A stretch of DNA of 59,906 nucleotides from Clostridia bacterium (GCA_017454465.1 JAFTCY010000127.1:1-59906), one strand, 5' to 3'; counted from the stretch's first letter, positions 36,091 to 46,845 are shown. The notes: generated by a model not told the origin, from the sequence alone. Program-made: numbers and translations.

Positions 36091-38790
36091 TCAGGTTCTG
36101 GCGACCTCTTCCATGATGTACGCTTCAAGTATGTCGCCGACCTGGATGTCGGTACATTTTTCAAGGCCGATACCGCATTCATATCCGGCAGCGACTTCCC
36201 GGACGTCGTCTTTGAAACGGCGGAGAGAAGAGATCTTGTCTTCCATGATCACAATGCCGTCACGCACAATGCGGATAAGGGACTGCCTCGTGACCTTTCC
36301 GTCCTGAATGTAAGAACCTGCGATGATGCCGACTCCGGGGACCTTGATGGCCTGGCGGACTTCCGCGTGGCCGAGGAGGTTCTCCTTGTATGTGGGGGCG
36401 AGCAGGCCTTTCATAGCCGCCTTGACTTCTTCGATACATTCATAGATGATGCGGTAGGTCCTGATGTCGACACCCTGTCTTTCTGCTGAATCGAGGGCCG
36501 TCTTGTCAGGTCTGACATTGAAGCCAACGATTATCGCGGAAGACGAAGCAGCCAGCATAACGTCGGATTCGGTGATTCCCCCGACTGCGGAATGGATCAC
36601 GCGGACCTTGACTTCCTCGTTTGACAGCTTTTCCAGTGAGGACTTGACGGCTTCTGCAGATCCGCCAACATCTGCCTTAACAATGATGTTGAGTTCCTTT
36701 ACACCTGCCGCCATGGCGGAGAAGAAATCATCCAGGTTGACCTTTGAATTCTGTTTGAACAGGTCTTCCTTTGCCTTGGCTCTACGCTGTTCGGTGAGTT
36801 CACGCGCCATTCTCTCGTCTGCAACGGCGTTGAACTCATCGCCGGCAGTGGGAACTTCGGAAAGACCCGTGATCTCAACAGGAACAGAGGGTCCGGCGGT
36901 CTTGAGTATTTTTCCTTTATCGTCCGTCATAGCGCGTACACGTCCTACGGAAGTGCCTGCAATGACGATGTCTCCGGATTTCAGGGTGCCGTCCTGTACG
37001 AGTACCGTGGCAACAGGGCCGCGGCCTTTGTCCAGTTTTGCTTCTATGACGACTCCCTTTGCTCTCTTGTGGGGATTTGCTTTGTATTCCTTGACGTCTG
37101 CTATAAGGAGGATGTCCTCAAGGAGGTCATTGAGCCCCATACCGGTCAGGGCTGACACGGGGACGCACATGATGTCTCCGCCCCATTCTTCCGGGACAAG
37201 ATCATATTTTGTCAGTTCTGTCTTGACCTGTTCAGCATTTGCGTGGGGTTTGTCCATTTTGTTGATCGCGACGATGATATCTACACCGGCAGCTTTCGCA
37301 TGGTTAATGGCCTCTACGGTCTGCGGCATAATACCGTCGTCTCCCGCGACCACCAGGATAGCAATATCCGTAGCCATCGCTCCTCTGGCACGCATGGCAG
37401 TGAATGCTTCATGTCCCGGAGTATCGAGGAACGTGACTTCACGGCCGTTTACAGTAACTCTGTAAGCACCGATATGCTGCGTGATGCCGCCTGCCTCGCC
37501 CGATGTGACGTTTGTATGGCGGATGGCGTCCAGAATGGATGTCTTGCCGTGGTCAACGTGTCCCATTACACAGACAACAGGTGCACGTATTTCCAGATTT
37601 TCCTCGGATTCCGGCTCTTCGCTGAAGAGCTGTTCCTCTATCGTGACTTTGACTTCCTTAGTTACTATTGCCCCGAGCTCATCCGCGACAAGATATGCGG
37701 TATCATAGTCGACTTCCTGATTAACGCTCGCCATGACGCCCATGAGCATAAGTCTCTTCATACAATCCGCAGCAGTGATCTTCAGCCGCTGAGCAAGTTC
37801 TCCGACTGTGATGGAATCCGGAATGGACACCTTGAGAGGAGCTTTTTTTGCTTTTTCAAGGTTTGCCTTGCGGAGTTTGTCCATCGCGAGGCGTTCCTTG
37901 TCAGGTCTCTTGCCTCCCGGACGCACATCCGGTTTGTCATTCTTTTTCTTGAGCTTCTGCTTGTTGGAGCGGCTGTCGTCGATATCGCTGCTGTACGAAT
38001 CAAGCTTTTCGTCATATTTGGAAAGGTCTACTGACGACGTGCGCGTATCAATGACTCTGACACCGCCGGTTCTCTTCTTTTCGACTCCCTGCTCGATCAC
38101 CGGCTTCGGCTGAGGTTTTATCGGAGCCCTGTCACTTATGTTTGCTCTCTGCTGAGGTTTGCCAAAGGATGACTTCTGCTGGCCTTGTCCGCCGCGCCCC
38201 TGGTTCTGCTGATAGCCCTGCCCCTGCGGACGGCTGCCGTATTGCGGACGGTTTCCACTTTGCTGAGGCTGCTCCTGGATCTTATTCTGCTGATTGTTGA
38301 GATTGGGATTTCTGAGTCTTTCCTCAGCCTCAGCTTTTCTCCTGGCCGTGATCTCAGCACGTGCTTTTGCCTCAGCGTCTTTGGCTGCCTTAGCCTCCGC
38401 TTCCTTTTTGGCTCTGGCTTCGGCTTCAGCTTTTGCCTTGGCTTCAGCTTCCGCTTTCTTACGGGCTTCCTCTTCGGCTTTTGCCTTTTCTTCTTTTTCT
38501 TTTAAGGCTCTGGCTTCGGCCTCTTTCTTTTCCCTTTCGGCAGCCTGTTCAGGCGTTTCAGGCAGAACTATCTTGGTCGTTCCGTTGATATACCCTTCGA
38601 TATCCTTGATTATCGCCGATTTCAGCAGCTCTGTGAAGAGCAGGCTGAATTCGTCATTTTCCAGGGAGCCGGAGGAGCCTTTTCCGGATATGCCCACGGA
38701 GTCCAGTTTTGTGGTTATATCCTTGGCTTTGAGGCCCAGATCCTTTGCTATTTGGCTGATTTTGAACATAGGGTTCGTCTTCACTGCCAT
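36091..38790 (-). CDS. infB: Translation initiation factor IF-2
   Basis: GTPase core [24 protein letters not shown] and NKMD. The K/A/E-rich N-terminal region and the C-terminal domains are typical of IF-2. Confidence 0.95.
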   Translation of the reverse strand: MAVKTNPMFKISQIAKDLGLKAKDITTKLDSVGISGKGSSGSLENDEFSLLFTELLKSAIIKDIEGYINGTTKIVLPETPEQAAEREKKEAEARALKEKEEKAKAEEEARKKAEAEAKAKAEAEARAKKEAEAKAAKDAEAKARAEITARRKAEAEERLRNPNLNNQQNKIQEQPQQSGNRPQYGSRPQGQGYQQNQGRGGQGQQKSSFGKPQQRANISDRAPIKPQPKPVIEQGVEKKRTGGVRVIDTRTSSVDLSKYDEKLDSYSSDIDDSRSNKQKLKKKNDKPDVRPGGKRPDKERLAMDKLRKANLEKAKKAPLKVSIPDSITVGELAQRLKITAADCMKRLMLMGVMASVNQEVDYDTAYLVADELGAIVTKEVKVTIEEQLFSEEPESEENLEIRAPVVCVMGHVDHGKTSILDAIRHTNVTSGEAGGITQHIGAYRVTVNGREVTFLDTPGHEAFTAMRARGAMATDIAILVVAGDDGIMPQTVEAINHAKAAGVDIIVAINKMDKPHANAEQVKTELTKYDLVPEEWGGDIMCVPVSALTGMGLNDLLEDILLIADVKEYKANPHKRAKGVVIEAKLDKGRGPVATVLVQDGTLKSGDIVIAGTSVGRVRAMTDDKGKILKTAGPSVPVEITGLSEVPTAGDEFNAVADERMARELTEQRRAKAKEDLFKQNSKVNLDDFFSAMAAGVKELNIIVKADVGGSAEAVKSSLEKLSNEEVKVRVIHSAVGGITESDVMLAASSSAIIVGFNVRPDKTALDSAERQGVDIRTYRIIYECIEEVKAAMKGLLAPTYKENLLGHAEVRQAIKVPGVGIIAGSYIQDGKVTRQSLIRIVRDGIVIMEDKISSLRRFKDDVREVAAGYECGIGLEKCTDIQVGDILEAYIMEEVART

Positions 38791-38834
38791 CTGTGATTCA
38801 TCCTTTCGTAGTAAAGAGAGAGAAATACATTTTG

Positions 38835-39155
38835 TTATTTATCGATCGCATCGAGGACTGACTGCCAGGGACCTTTTCCCGTGAAGGCAGCGGCCATACA
38901 GGCGGATCTTTTTCCGACCGCTTTCGACAGGCGTTCTGAGGTCAGGCAGGGCATAAAGCAAGGTATGCCGTAAAAACTGCACTTGTCAGTGATCTGCTTT
39001 TTGGTCCTGGGAGAGGCGTCGTCTGAGACAACGACGAACTTTGCTTTCCGGGACCGGACTTCTTTCAAGACCAGATCAAACCCGACTGTTACGCCGCCCG
39101 CGACCATGCACATTCCAATGTTGTTTTCGATTACGCGATTTATTTCGTTGCTCAT
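38835..39155 (-). CDS. ylxQ: L7Ae/L30e family RNA-binding protein (YlxQ-like)
   Basis: [28 protein letters not shown], and the conserved position between ylxR and infB. Confidence 0.8.
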   Translation of the reverse strand: MSNEINRVIENNIGMCMVAGGVTVGFDLVLKEVRSRKAKFVVVSDDASPRTKKQITDKCSFYGIPCFMPCLTSERLSKAVGKRSACMAAAFTGKGPWQSVLDAIDK

Positions 39156-39164
39156 AATGCGCAG

Positions 39165-39476
39165 TTAGTTCTGATCTGATTCGAGAGTTTCGGAGTATCT
39201 GATCTCGTGCTCGAGGTCGTTGTACAGCTCTTCAGAGATCTCACATTCCAGGGATCTTTTGATCGCCCCGGACTTTCTTGCTTTTTTGAAACAGTCAAGC
39301 TTTTTGCAAAGATAGGCGCCGCGACCGTTTTTCTTGCCGGTGAAATCTATAGACAGTTCACCATCAGGAGAGCGCAGTACCCGCATAAGGTCTTTTTTCG
39401 GGAAAGTGCCCTGACAGCCGACACAGCGTCTTTCGGGAATCTTTTTGGTTTTCACAATTTTTTGCTTATTAGCCAT
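39165..39476 (-). CDS. ylxR: YlxR (DUF448) RNA-binding protein
   Basis: RRCVGCQGTFPKKDLMRVL...GRGAYLC motif, and the conserved position after nusA. Confidence 0.85.
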   Translation of the reverse strand: MANKQKIVKTKKIPERRCVGCQGTFPKKDLMRVLRSPDGELSIDFTGKKNGRGAYLCKKLDCFKKARKSGAIKRSLECEISEELYNDLEHEIRYSETLESDQN

Positions 39477-39517
39477 GCTGACGCCCTTTCCGTAATTTTT
39501 GAGGTATAGTCTTTTGT

Positions 39518-40552
39518 TTATGCTTCTTTCGTTCCCTTGATATCGATCTTGAATCCTGTGAGCTTTGCTGCAAGTCTGACATTCTGGCCTTCTTTTCCGA
39601 TTGCGAGAGAGAGCTGATCGCTTGCTACCATAACTGTGGAAGATCTTTCGCCATCGAATTCAACATTAAGAACGGAAGCGGGAGACAGAGCGGCTGCGAT
39701 ATATTCTTCCGGATGCTCAGAGTACTGGATTATATCGATCTTTTCGCCTCTCAGTTCTTCAACGATGGCGCTGATCCTGGTTCCTCTGTTGCCTATGCAG
39801 GCGCCCACCGCGTCCACATCCTCGTCTCTTGAATACACCGAGATCTTAGTTCTGGAACCGGGTTCGCGGGATACGTTCTTGACGATCACAAGGCCGTCCG
39901 CTATCTCGGGAATATCCTGTTCGAACATCCGTTTGATCATGGCGGGCGCTACCCTGGAGATGGTGATTATCGGGGTGTTATCCGTGCTTTTTGTCACTTC
40001 TGTAACGAAAACGCGGACCCTGTCACCCACATAAAGCTCCTCGCCGGGGATCTGTTCGGATCTGGGAAGGATCACTTCCGATGTGCCGGTGTCTACCCAT
40101 ACGTCACCGGTGTTGTCATCGCGCCGGCTCACCAGAGCCGAAATGACTTCTTCGCGCTTTCTCTCGTATTCACGGATCAGATTGTCCTTTTCGGCTTCAC
40201 GGATGCCCTGGATTATGACCTGTTTAGCTGTCTGCGCTGAGATCCTTCCGAAGTCCTTCAGTTTGATCTCATTTTCAACCACGGAACCTATTTCGTAGCG
40301 CTTGCTGAGTTTGCGTGCGTCTTCCAGCGAGATCTCTGTTTCGGGATCGGAGACTTCCTCGACGACATTGCGGCGCCGGTATACCTTCATATCTTTCTTC
40401 GTCTTGTTGATATCGATCCTCACGTTCGTGTTTCCGAACTGTTTTTTATATGCGGAGACCAGAGCAGCCTCTATTTTCCCTATCATGTAGTCAACAGGGA
40501 TCCCTTTTGTTTTCTCAAGCAGCTGAAGTGCTTCAAAAAGCTGTGCGTTCAT
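39518..40552 (-). CDS. nusA: Transcription termination/antitermination factor NusA
   Basis: N-terminal domain, an S1 domain (VGDRVRVFVTEV) and KH domains (GACIGNRGTRI; AIGKEGQNVRLA). The start is set at ATG 40552 rather than the upstream TTG. Confidence 0.95.
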   Translation of the reverse strand: MNAQLFEALQLLEKTKGIPVDYMIGKIEAALVSAYKKQFGNTNVRIDINKTKKDMKVYRRRNVVEEVSDPETEISLEDARKLSKRYEIGSVVENEIKLKDFGRISAQTAKQVIIQGIREAEKDNLIREYERKREEVISALVSRRDDNTGDVWVDTGTSEVILPRSEQIPGEELYVGDRVRVFVTEVTKSTDNTPIITISRVAPAMIKRMFEQDIPEIADGLVIVKNVSREPGSRTKISVYSRDEDVDAVGACIGNRGTRISAIVEELRGEKIDIIQYSEHPEEYIAAALSPASVLNVEFDGERSSTVMVASDQLSLAIGKEGQNVRLAAKLTGFKIDIKGTKEA

Positions 40553-40598
40553 GTTATGTAAACCTTTCAATTATGATAATTCTGTGTAAAGTGTATGG

Positions 40599-41069
40599 TC
40601 ACCAGTCAAAGACTGTTTCACATTTTGCTACGGATTTAAGGGGAAACCTGCGCTCCGTTCCGTTTTCCCTGACAATCACGGCGCCGTCCTCCAGGCCTAC
40701 CAGGGTGGCTCTGAGAGTTTTCGATCCGTCTACGGAGGCGTAGAATTTCAGCATTATGTCGCTGCCGGACATTTTTGAAAAGTGTTCCGGACGTGTAAGT
40801 ACCCGTTCCACACCCGGGGATGAGACCGCAAGCATATACGCGTCTTCTATCGGATCCGCCTCGTCCAGGACCGGATCTATTGCCCTGTGCATCGCTTCGC
40901 AGTCATCGATCGTTATACCTTCTTCCCGATCGGTATCGATAGTTATGCGCAGGATCATGTCTGAGCCTTCTTTGACGTATTCGACGTCCCAGAGAGAAAA
41001 TCCCAGGTCTTTTGCCACCGGTTCTGCCAGTTCCCAGACAGTGTCCGCGACCGATCTGTGCTGCTTCAT
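40599..41069 (-). CDS. rimP: Ribosome maturation factor RimP
   Basis: LGFSLWDVEYVKEGSDMILRITID..., the SPGVER motif, and position as first gene of the nusA-infB operon. Confidence 0.9.
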   Translation of the reverse strand: MKQHRSVADTVWELAEPVAKDLGFSLWDVEYVKEGSDMILRITIDTDREEGITIDDCEAMHRAIDPVLDEADPIEDAYMLAVSSPGVERVLTRPEHFSKMSGSDIMLKFYASVDGSKTLRATLVGLEDGAVIVRENGTERRFPLKSVAKCETVFDW

Positions 41070-41088
41070 ACGCGCCCCCTCAAAACAA

Positions 41089-41116
41089 GAGAGTGGACCA
41101 GCAAATGTCCACTCTC
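41089..41116 (-). promoter_or_regulatory. Terminator-like hairpin in the rimP leader
   Basis: On the minus strand, GAGAGTGGAC-(8 nt)-GTCCACTCTC (a perfect 10-bp stem) is followed by TTGTTTTGAGGGGG. The GAGGGGG is the rimP RBS. Confidence 0.5.
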
Positions 41117-41238
41117 CGGATGATATCTTAACTACAGCAAGTATACCATTTTAAAGTCTGCATTTCAAGGCAGAAAAACAGTGAAAACATACAATTATGC
41201 ATCACAAAATATGTATAAATTGTGTTTAATATACAAAA

Positions 41239-41907
41239 TCAAAAGATCCGAAGCATTTCAGCAAGGCTTGTAAGGTCATCGGCTATATAGGGGAAGCCGG
41301 CAGCTGCGGCATCTTCCTTCGGAGATCTTCCGTCGGGAAGGAACTCCGGATAGTTCACCAAAGCCGCGGACATTCCCGCGTTCTGTCCGGTCTGACCGTC
41401 TATTATCCTGTCACCGATCATTATTGATTTTCCCGGACGGATGCCGTTTCTTTTACAGAGAGCCAGAAGACCCTCCGGGTTCGGCTTCATCGGAAAGTTT
41501 TCGTCAGCGTCGAGTATGTCGGTAAAGAAGCTGTCCAGGCCATTGACCCTGAGATAATATGATAACGTTTTTCTTCCCCTGTGCGTACAGAGAAAATTCC
41601 TTCCGCCGTTTTCTGCCACTGCTTTGAGAACAGCCGGGGCGTCCCGGAAGGCGGTGATCCTGGGTTCAGTCTCAAGTCCTTCTCTGCTTTCGCGGATTTT
41701 TGAGAATTCATCGAAGATCTCTTCCGTCATGCCGGGCATGCGATGGATATAGAGATACGCAACGCGCATTTGCCTGTATACGAGTTCGGGGTCATTGAGA
41801 GTATCGATATCGTGTTTTTCCATCAGTTTCCAGAGGATGGCAAATTCGTGTGGATATGTATCTACCAAAGTGCCGTCGAAATCCCATATATGATCCTTGA
41901 AGAGCAT
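41239..41907 (-). CDS. HAD family hydrolase (phosphoglycolate phosphatase-like)
   Basis: DFDGTLVDT motif I, and IGDRIIDGQTGQNAG motif IV. Confidence 0.75.
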   Translation of the reverse strand: MLFKDHIWDFDGTLVDTYPHEFAILWKLMEKHDIDTLNDPELVYRQMRVAYLYIHRMPGMTEEIFDEFSKIRESREGLETEPRITAFRDAPAVLKAVAENGGRNFLCTHRGRKTLSYYLRVNGLDSFFTDILDADENFPMKPNPEGLLALCKRNGIRPGKSIMIGDRIIDGQTGQNAGMSAALVNYPEFLPDGRSPKEDAAAAGFPYIADDLTSLAEMLRIF

Positions 41908-41910
41908 ATT

Positions 41911-43104
41911 TCACTGACCTTTCTTCTTTGCCAGCCGGTCGAGCCCCTGCCTCAGGGCTGATGTCAGCGCAGAGATATCCTCTTCCGTGTTGGTATATGA
42001 AAGGCTTATCCTCAAAGTTGAGTCCGCGTCGTCTGCGGAGGTACCGAAGGCTTCCAGCGCTCCGCTCCTTTTTTTGGATCTCGCGGAACACGCGGAACCT
42101 GCAGATATGTATATCCCGTTTGCTGACAGAAAGTTAAGCATCGTCTCGCTTCTGACTCCCGGAACGATTAAGCTGCATATGTCGCAGACAGAATTCCCGG
42201 AGGGCCTGTTGAAACGTATCTCGGGGCAAACTGAGAGAAGCTCTGAGTCAAGTCTCTCCCTAAGGAACGCAGTTCTTTCAACGTTTTCATCGAAATGCTC
42301 CAGACTGTCTTCTGCAGCGGCGGCAAAAGCGGAGATGGCGCAGAGATTTTCCGTCCCGCTGCGGAAACCATTTTCCTGCCCTCCGCCGAGAGTGACAGGA
42401 ACAAGGTTCTTACGGGTGATGATCGATTTTGATACGTATAAGGCCCCTGCTCCCCTGGGAGCGTGTATCTTGTGAGCGCTGACGGTCACAGTATCAGCGC
42501 CTATGGACGAAGGGCTGAATGGGGTCTTCATAAAGGCCTGCACCGCGTCGCAGTGTACGCTTGCGTCCGGAAAGTATCTCTTAACCAGCGCCGAGGCTGA
42601 ACTTACGTCATACAGCGCGCCGGTCTCGTTGTTGACGAGCATAAAGGCGGCGAGAACGACCGGAGACACGGCATTTGAAAGGACCTCTTCAAGATATTCG
42701 AGATCAAGCATGCCTGATTTTGTGGGAATTCCTTCCACAGTAAAGCCGTGTTTTTTCAGTTGCAGCACCGGGTTTTCTACCGAGGGATGCTCTCCCAAAC
42801 CCATTATTACGGTTCCGAGACTTCCTGACGGGGAGGGGCGTCTTTCCTTTGAAAAAGCGCATCCGGTGATGGCAAGGTTGTTTGCTTCCGTGCCGCTGGA
42901 TGTGAATATGAGAAGATCACCGTTGTTTTTCTTCGCTCCCAGGGCTTTAAGCACGGATTGCCTGGATGATTCCAGGAGTGAATGCGCGTCTCTTCCGAGT
43001 GAATATACTGAGGATGGATTTCCCCAGATTTCGAGGGCCCGGACAAAAGCGGCGCGGGCTTTTTCGGAAGGGGCCGTGGTTGCTGAATTGTCTAAGTAGT
43101 GCAT
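41911..43104 (-). CDS. Cysteine desulfurase (class V aminotransferase, NifS/IscS family)
   Basis: MHYLDNSATT, the PLP-lysine motif SAHKIHAPRGAGALYV, and a C-terminal SAGSACS active-site loop. Confidence 0.85.
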   Translation of the reverse strand: MHYLDNSATTAPSEKARAAFVRALEIWGNPSSVYSLGRDAHSLLESSRQSVLKALGAKKNNGDLLIFTSSGTEANNLAITGCAFSKERRPSPSGSLGTVIMGLGEHPSVENPVLQLKKHGFTVEGIPTKSGMLDLEYLEEVLSNAVSPVVLAAFMLVNNETGALYDVSSASALVKRYFPDASVHCDAVQAFMKTPFSPSSIGADTVTVSAHKIHAPRGAGALYVSKSIITRKNLVPVTLGGGQENGFRSGTENLCAISAFAAAAEDSLEHFDENVERTAFLRERLDSELLSVCPEIRFNRPSGNSVCDICSLIVPGVRSETMLNFLSANGIYISAGSACSARSKKRSGALEAFGTSADDADSTLRISLSYTNTEEDISALTSALRQGLDRLAKKKGQ

Positions 43105-43105
43105 A

Positions 43106-43639
43106 CTATTTCAGTGCCCAGTGTTCCAGCATCATATTCACATCGTCAAGGTGTGAGTCGAATGTGGATTCCTTTGATGTATAGGTGAAAAGATATACGA
43201 CAGCCGAGTTCACGAATGCTACCTGCAGGAACTTGAATTTGTTCTGACCCATGGTGGCAGTATAGATGTACTTCCTGGCATATTTGCCGTCCACAGTCGT
43301 GTTTTCCTGGGAGACCAGCTCATAATCTGAGAAGACCGTTTTCAGATCCTGTTCATTGATTTCCCACCAGGTATCCACGGTGTCGTCGGTGTGCTGCAGA
43401 TCCCACGCGAGTACGGAAACGGAGGAAGGATCTTTGTTGGAATAATATGCGCCAACCGAGTCCTGCCCCTCATCCTTTGTCCATTTTTCAGGGATGTAGA
43501 ACCGGAATGAATCCGCGTCCGAATATGCCGCTTTCATATTTCTAGGCAGGTACTGGTCCTGACTGCAGGCAGCAGCAAAGCACACGGCCATAGCAGTGAC
43601 CAGTATCAGGGATACGGTTTTTAGAAGAATACTTTTCAT
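43106..43639 (-). CDS. Hypothetical lipoprotein
   Basis: Signal plus lipobox (LILVTAMAVCFAAAC). No catalytic motif recognised. Confidence 0.5.
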   Translation of the reverse strand: MKSILLKTVSLILVTAMAVCFAAACSQDQYLPRNMKAAYSDADSFRFYIPEKWTKDEGQDSVGAYYSNKDPSSVSVLAWDLQHTDDTVDTWWEINEQDLKTVFSDYELVSQENTTVDGKYARKYIYTATMGQNKFKFLQVAFVNSAVVYLFTYTSKESTFDSHLDDVNMMLEHWALK

Positions 43640-43653
43640 TACGGATTATCCTT

Positions 43654-46602
43654 TCAGAACTTTTTTTTCGTTAAGCCGAAGGGAACGAACGAATACCGTT
43701 TCCTGTATACCGCGCATTCTCTGCCGTTCCACTCGTTCTCGAAGGTCCACATCTGTCTTCCGACGAGCTCAAGCTCATCCTCGATGTAATGATGTGGCCC
43801 AAGGGTGTTTCTCATCGAATTGATTACAGTAACTGTGATCTCGTTGCTGCCTTCCTTGAGGAGGCTGCCGAGATCAAGTTTTTTTGACCACAGCAGGGTA
43901 CCTGCTTTTGCTTCGTTTACGGATACTTCGGCAACCGCATGCCTTCCGTCCAGTTTCAGCACCGCAGGCATCCCAGGCCTGAAGTCGTATGAGAACCGGG
44001 AGGTGACTGATCCGCCGAAAAAGGGATAGCCTGAGGTCACTATGTTTTGGGAGGAGATCTCACGAGGTGGTTCGGACAGAGCAAAGCCGCCGTCATACAG
44101 CACGGTATCTCCGGTACCGGGAGTGAAGGACGAATCGGGCCGCAGAGCAAAACTTCCGGTCAGGTATGAAGATTCGATCTCGCAGTCAAAGACGATGCAG
44201 TTTCTCAAAGCCTCTGAAACTCCGTCATACAGAACATGATATATATAATCGCTCTGGCGGTGGTCTATCTCGATCACGAGCCTGTTTGTCCCCGGATGAA
44301 CCAGACTTGATATGGCAAAGCGTCTGAAGGAGCGGTCAAACCACCAGCCGCAGCTTTCTGAAAGTTCAGCGCCGTTTACTGTTATTCTGCTGTACATCGG
44401 TTCCGCCACAAGTTCAAGATCGTCGGGGATCCATTCCGCCTCAAAGTCATACCTGAGCCAGATCCTGCCGTTGTATCTCATCCGTAGCAGCATGTCCCTG
44501 ACGCCCATTATATATAAAGGATCTTCGTATTTTTCCCCGTCGAAGGAATAACGCGGCATGTCAAGCGTCAGTATATTCTTCGGGGGAGACACAAGTTCCA
44601 CGCTGTCAGGCACTGGTATGAAGCGTTCCTCCGCCGGACTGCAGGGACCGCAGAACACAGGTGAAGGGTTTTCCTGCGAGCAAACAAGGACGTGGGACTC
44701 GCCTTCTTCAAAATCCAGAAGAACCGTAGTGAAGCCGTTTTCTTCAGAAAGAGCACGGACCGGTTTTTCCGTGAGGTCGCTGACCGAGATCTCGGCCCAG
44801 TTTCCTTCAGGGAGACGGACCCGGACACCGCGGTATTCCCCGGACCCGGTGTTCGTTATGAACACGATCTTTTCTTCGCCTGCTGTCCGGGACATCTTCC
44901 GGAAGGCTTTTAAGTTTCTGCCCTCGTGGGTGATGACTGCGTCCCTCAATTCCAGGATGTCATTTTCCGTGATGTTTGAGCTCAGGAAATCCAGCTCGTT
45001 TCCCGCGTCGGATCCGTCGATATACTGCGGGACACCGCGGTACAGAAAGACCCGGCCTCCGGCTTCGGAGTATTTCTTTAGCAGTTCGACCGTGCTTCGG
45101 TCAAGGGAATATGTGAAAGGAACGACAACGGCTTCATACTCGCACAGCCCTACCCGTATCTTCCTGCCTCTGACCTTGGCCATTTTCCGCATCATCCACT
45201 CATCGCCGTAATGATACGGTATCTGGTTCTCGCCGAGGAATCTTGAAAGACTGAAAAGATGTTTTTCTATCTCATCGAGAGAATCCGTGTCTTTTCTGTA
45301 TTTGCAGAAAGCCCCGTGGATCGGATGTATCACGAGAACGGGAGCATATTCGTCCCCTCTTGAAAGGATCGCCCCCAGGTTTCTGAAATATGCGTTGAAT
45401 GCGCCCATATGGTCATGCCAGGGGTTGTGATCGGAATAATGAAGGGGGTAGTCCGTTTTGCGCTGCCCTCTCTCCGAATACGGATACAGGTGCTGGCACA
45501 TCATATTGACGCCGCTTGCGTACTGTACTTCCGCGACCCGCTTGAGCTGTGTGGGGCTGACGTCCCAGCCGCAGCAGGCGAACATTTCAGAGATCCTCTT
45601 CCTTTTCCCCAGCTGGGCGCACGCAGACCCCAGCTGCTTGAACGACAGATCATCAAGTATCTGTCTGCCCAGATAATCGATTCCCGGAATCGTCTCATAC
45701 TCATAGAACGGCATCACGCTGCCGGTGCACATCATCTGGGAGTTCAGGGTGGTTTCCTCAACGGCGTGCCCGGTAAGGCACACGCCGTTCTTCTCACACC
45801 ATTCGTAGATCTTCCTTATGAAACCGTTGATAAAGAGCCTGTGTATAAGGTAATAGTAGTCATACCTGAACTTGTCTGCTCCTTCGAAATCAAAGAAAAT
45901 GGCGGGCAGACCGTCGAATATGGGATAACCGTACGTTTTTTCGAACTGTGCGGGAAGAGTGTCGGAATAGGGGTTGCCCCATCTGTAGTACTGCGGTTCG
46001 TCGGTGAAGAAACCGGGCATGGGTTTGCCTTTCCCGAAAACGTCTCCGGGGAGCCGCTGCCTGTATTTTTCATATACCGCGCCGATAAAAAGATCGGCAA
46101 TCTCCGGATTCAGGGTGTCTACATAACTGTCGTCTTTTCTCGTGTACATGATCAGATAATCATCTCGCCCGCTGTCAGCCGTGATCCTTGCGAAAGAGCC
46201 GTTCATGCGCTTTTCATAGACCGATACCACGCTTTTATCACATGGATCCGGGAATCTGCCATACCTGTATTCTATGGCGGTGGCGAAGTTTCTTTCGTCA
46301 TTCAGAAGGGCACCGCCCCCGAATCCGCTGGGCCAACCGTTCTCGTCATATGCCCATGCCTGCATCCCCAGTTTTTTTGCCTCGTCTATACATGCGTCAA
46401 TGCACGCGAACCATTCGTCAGACATGTACTCGGTCATGAGTCCGCCACGGGCATGCATGAAGAAACCGCCCATGTTGAGGCGCTTCATGTCACGGATCTG
46501 TCTTTTCAGTTCCTCAGGCTCGAGCCTGTCGTTCCAGCTCCAGAAGGGGATGCTTGAGAACTCCGCGGCGGAGGAGCGTATTTCGTTGATGATTCTGCTC
46601 AT
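43654..46602 (-). CDS. Large intracellular glycoside-hydrolase-like protein, family not assigned
   Basis: An N-terminal TIM-barrel-like block (IPFWSWNDRLEPEELKRQIRDMKRLNMGGFFMHARGGL...AWAYDENGWPSGFGGG) is followed by beta-sandwich-like regions. The start is reassigned to ATG 46602, which has a GGAG 6 nt upstream. The ORF's first ATG at 46632 sits only 5 nt after a -10 box. Confidence 0.5.
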   Translation of the reverse strand: MSRIINEIRSSAAEFSSIPFWSWNDRLEPEELKRQIRDMKRLNMGGFFMHARGGLMTEYMSDEWFACIDACIDEAKKLGMQAWAYDENGWPSGFGGGALLNDERNFATAIEYRYGRFPDPCDKSVVSVYEKRMNGSFARITADSGRDDYLIMYTRKDDSYVDTLNPEIADLFIGAVYEKYRQRLPGDVFGKGKPMPGFFTDEPQYYRWGNPYSDTLPAQFEKTYGYPIFDGLPAIFFDFEGADKFRYDYYYLIHRLFINGFIRKIYEWCEKNGVCLTGHAVEETTLNSQMMCTGSVMPFYEYETIPGIDYLGRQILDDLSFKQLGSACAQLGKRKRISEMFACCGWDVSPTQLKRVAEVQYASGVNMMCQHLYPYSERGQRKTDYPLHYSDHNPWHDHMGAFNAYFRNLGAILSRGDEYAPVLVIHPIHGAFCKYRKDTDSLDEIEKHLFSLSRFLGENQIPYHYGDEWMMRKMAKVRGRKIRVGLCEYEAVVVPFTYSLDRSTVELLKKYSEAGGRVFLYRGVPQYIDGSDAGNELDFLSSNITENDILELRDAVITHEGRNLKAFRKMSRTAGEEKIVFITNTGSGEYRGVRVRLPEGNWAEISVSDLTEKPVRALSEENGFTTVLLDFEEGESHVLVCSQENPSPVFCGPCSPAEERFIPVPDSVELVSPPKNILTLDMPRYSFDGEKYEDPLYIMGVRDMLLRMRYNGRIWLRYDFEAEWIPDDLELVAEPMYSRITVNGAELSESCGWWFDRSFRRFAISSLVHPGTNRLVIEIDHRQSDYIYHVLYDGVSEALRNCIVFDCEIESSYLTGSFALRPDSSFTPGTGDTVLYDGGFALSEPPREISSQNIVTSGYPFFGGSVTSRFSYDFRPGMPAVLKLDGRHAVAEVSVNEAKAGTLLWSKKLDLGSLLKEGSNEITVTVINSMRNTLGPHHYIEDELELVGRQMWTFENEWNGRECAVYRKRYSFVPFGLTKKKF

Positions 46603-46637
46603 GGCGATCTCCGTATATGATTTTCTTGACATTTGAA

Positions 46638-46666
46638 ATTATATCATGCTTTCCCTGAAGTGACAA
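46638..46666 (-). promoter_or_regulatory. Sigma-A promoter of the GH-like operon
   Basis: On the minus strand: TTGTCA (46666-46661), a 17-nt spacer ending in TGA, then TATAAT (46643-46638). Confidence 0.6.
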
Positions 46667-46776
46667 GTTTAAAGGACGTTTTTTCCATGCCCGGGGACAA
46701 GAAAAGTGCTTGGATCTGACGATAAAAACAGGATTGAAATAGTTGATTTTGCCCAGTGTCTTCAGCCTTGCCGTCA

Positions 46777-46806
46777 TTGACGGAGTATGCGGGGTTGTAG
46801 TATAAT
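46777..46806 (+). promoter_or_regulatory. Sigma-A promoter of iorAB
   Basis: TTGACG (46777-46782), an 18-nt spacer, then TATAAT (46801-46806). Confidence 0.55.
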
Positions 46807-46845
46807 TATTCACAGGAAAATCGATCAAAAAAAGGTGCAACTGTT

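Noticed and set aside
36464-38884. Several plus-strand ORFs (333, 263 and 196 aa) and apparent short DNA repeats around 38290-38520
   Set aside because: They are antisense to infB. The repeat-like DNA simply encodes the K/A/E-rich low-complexity N-terminal region of IF-2 (…[28 protein letters not shown]…). It is not a CRISPR array or a satellite.
45409-46557. A 382-aa plus-strand ORF
   Set aside because: It is antisense to the conserved N-terminal barrel of the 43654..46602 glycosidase-like gene. It has no RBS and low-complexity content.
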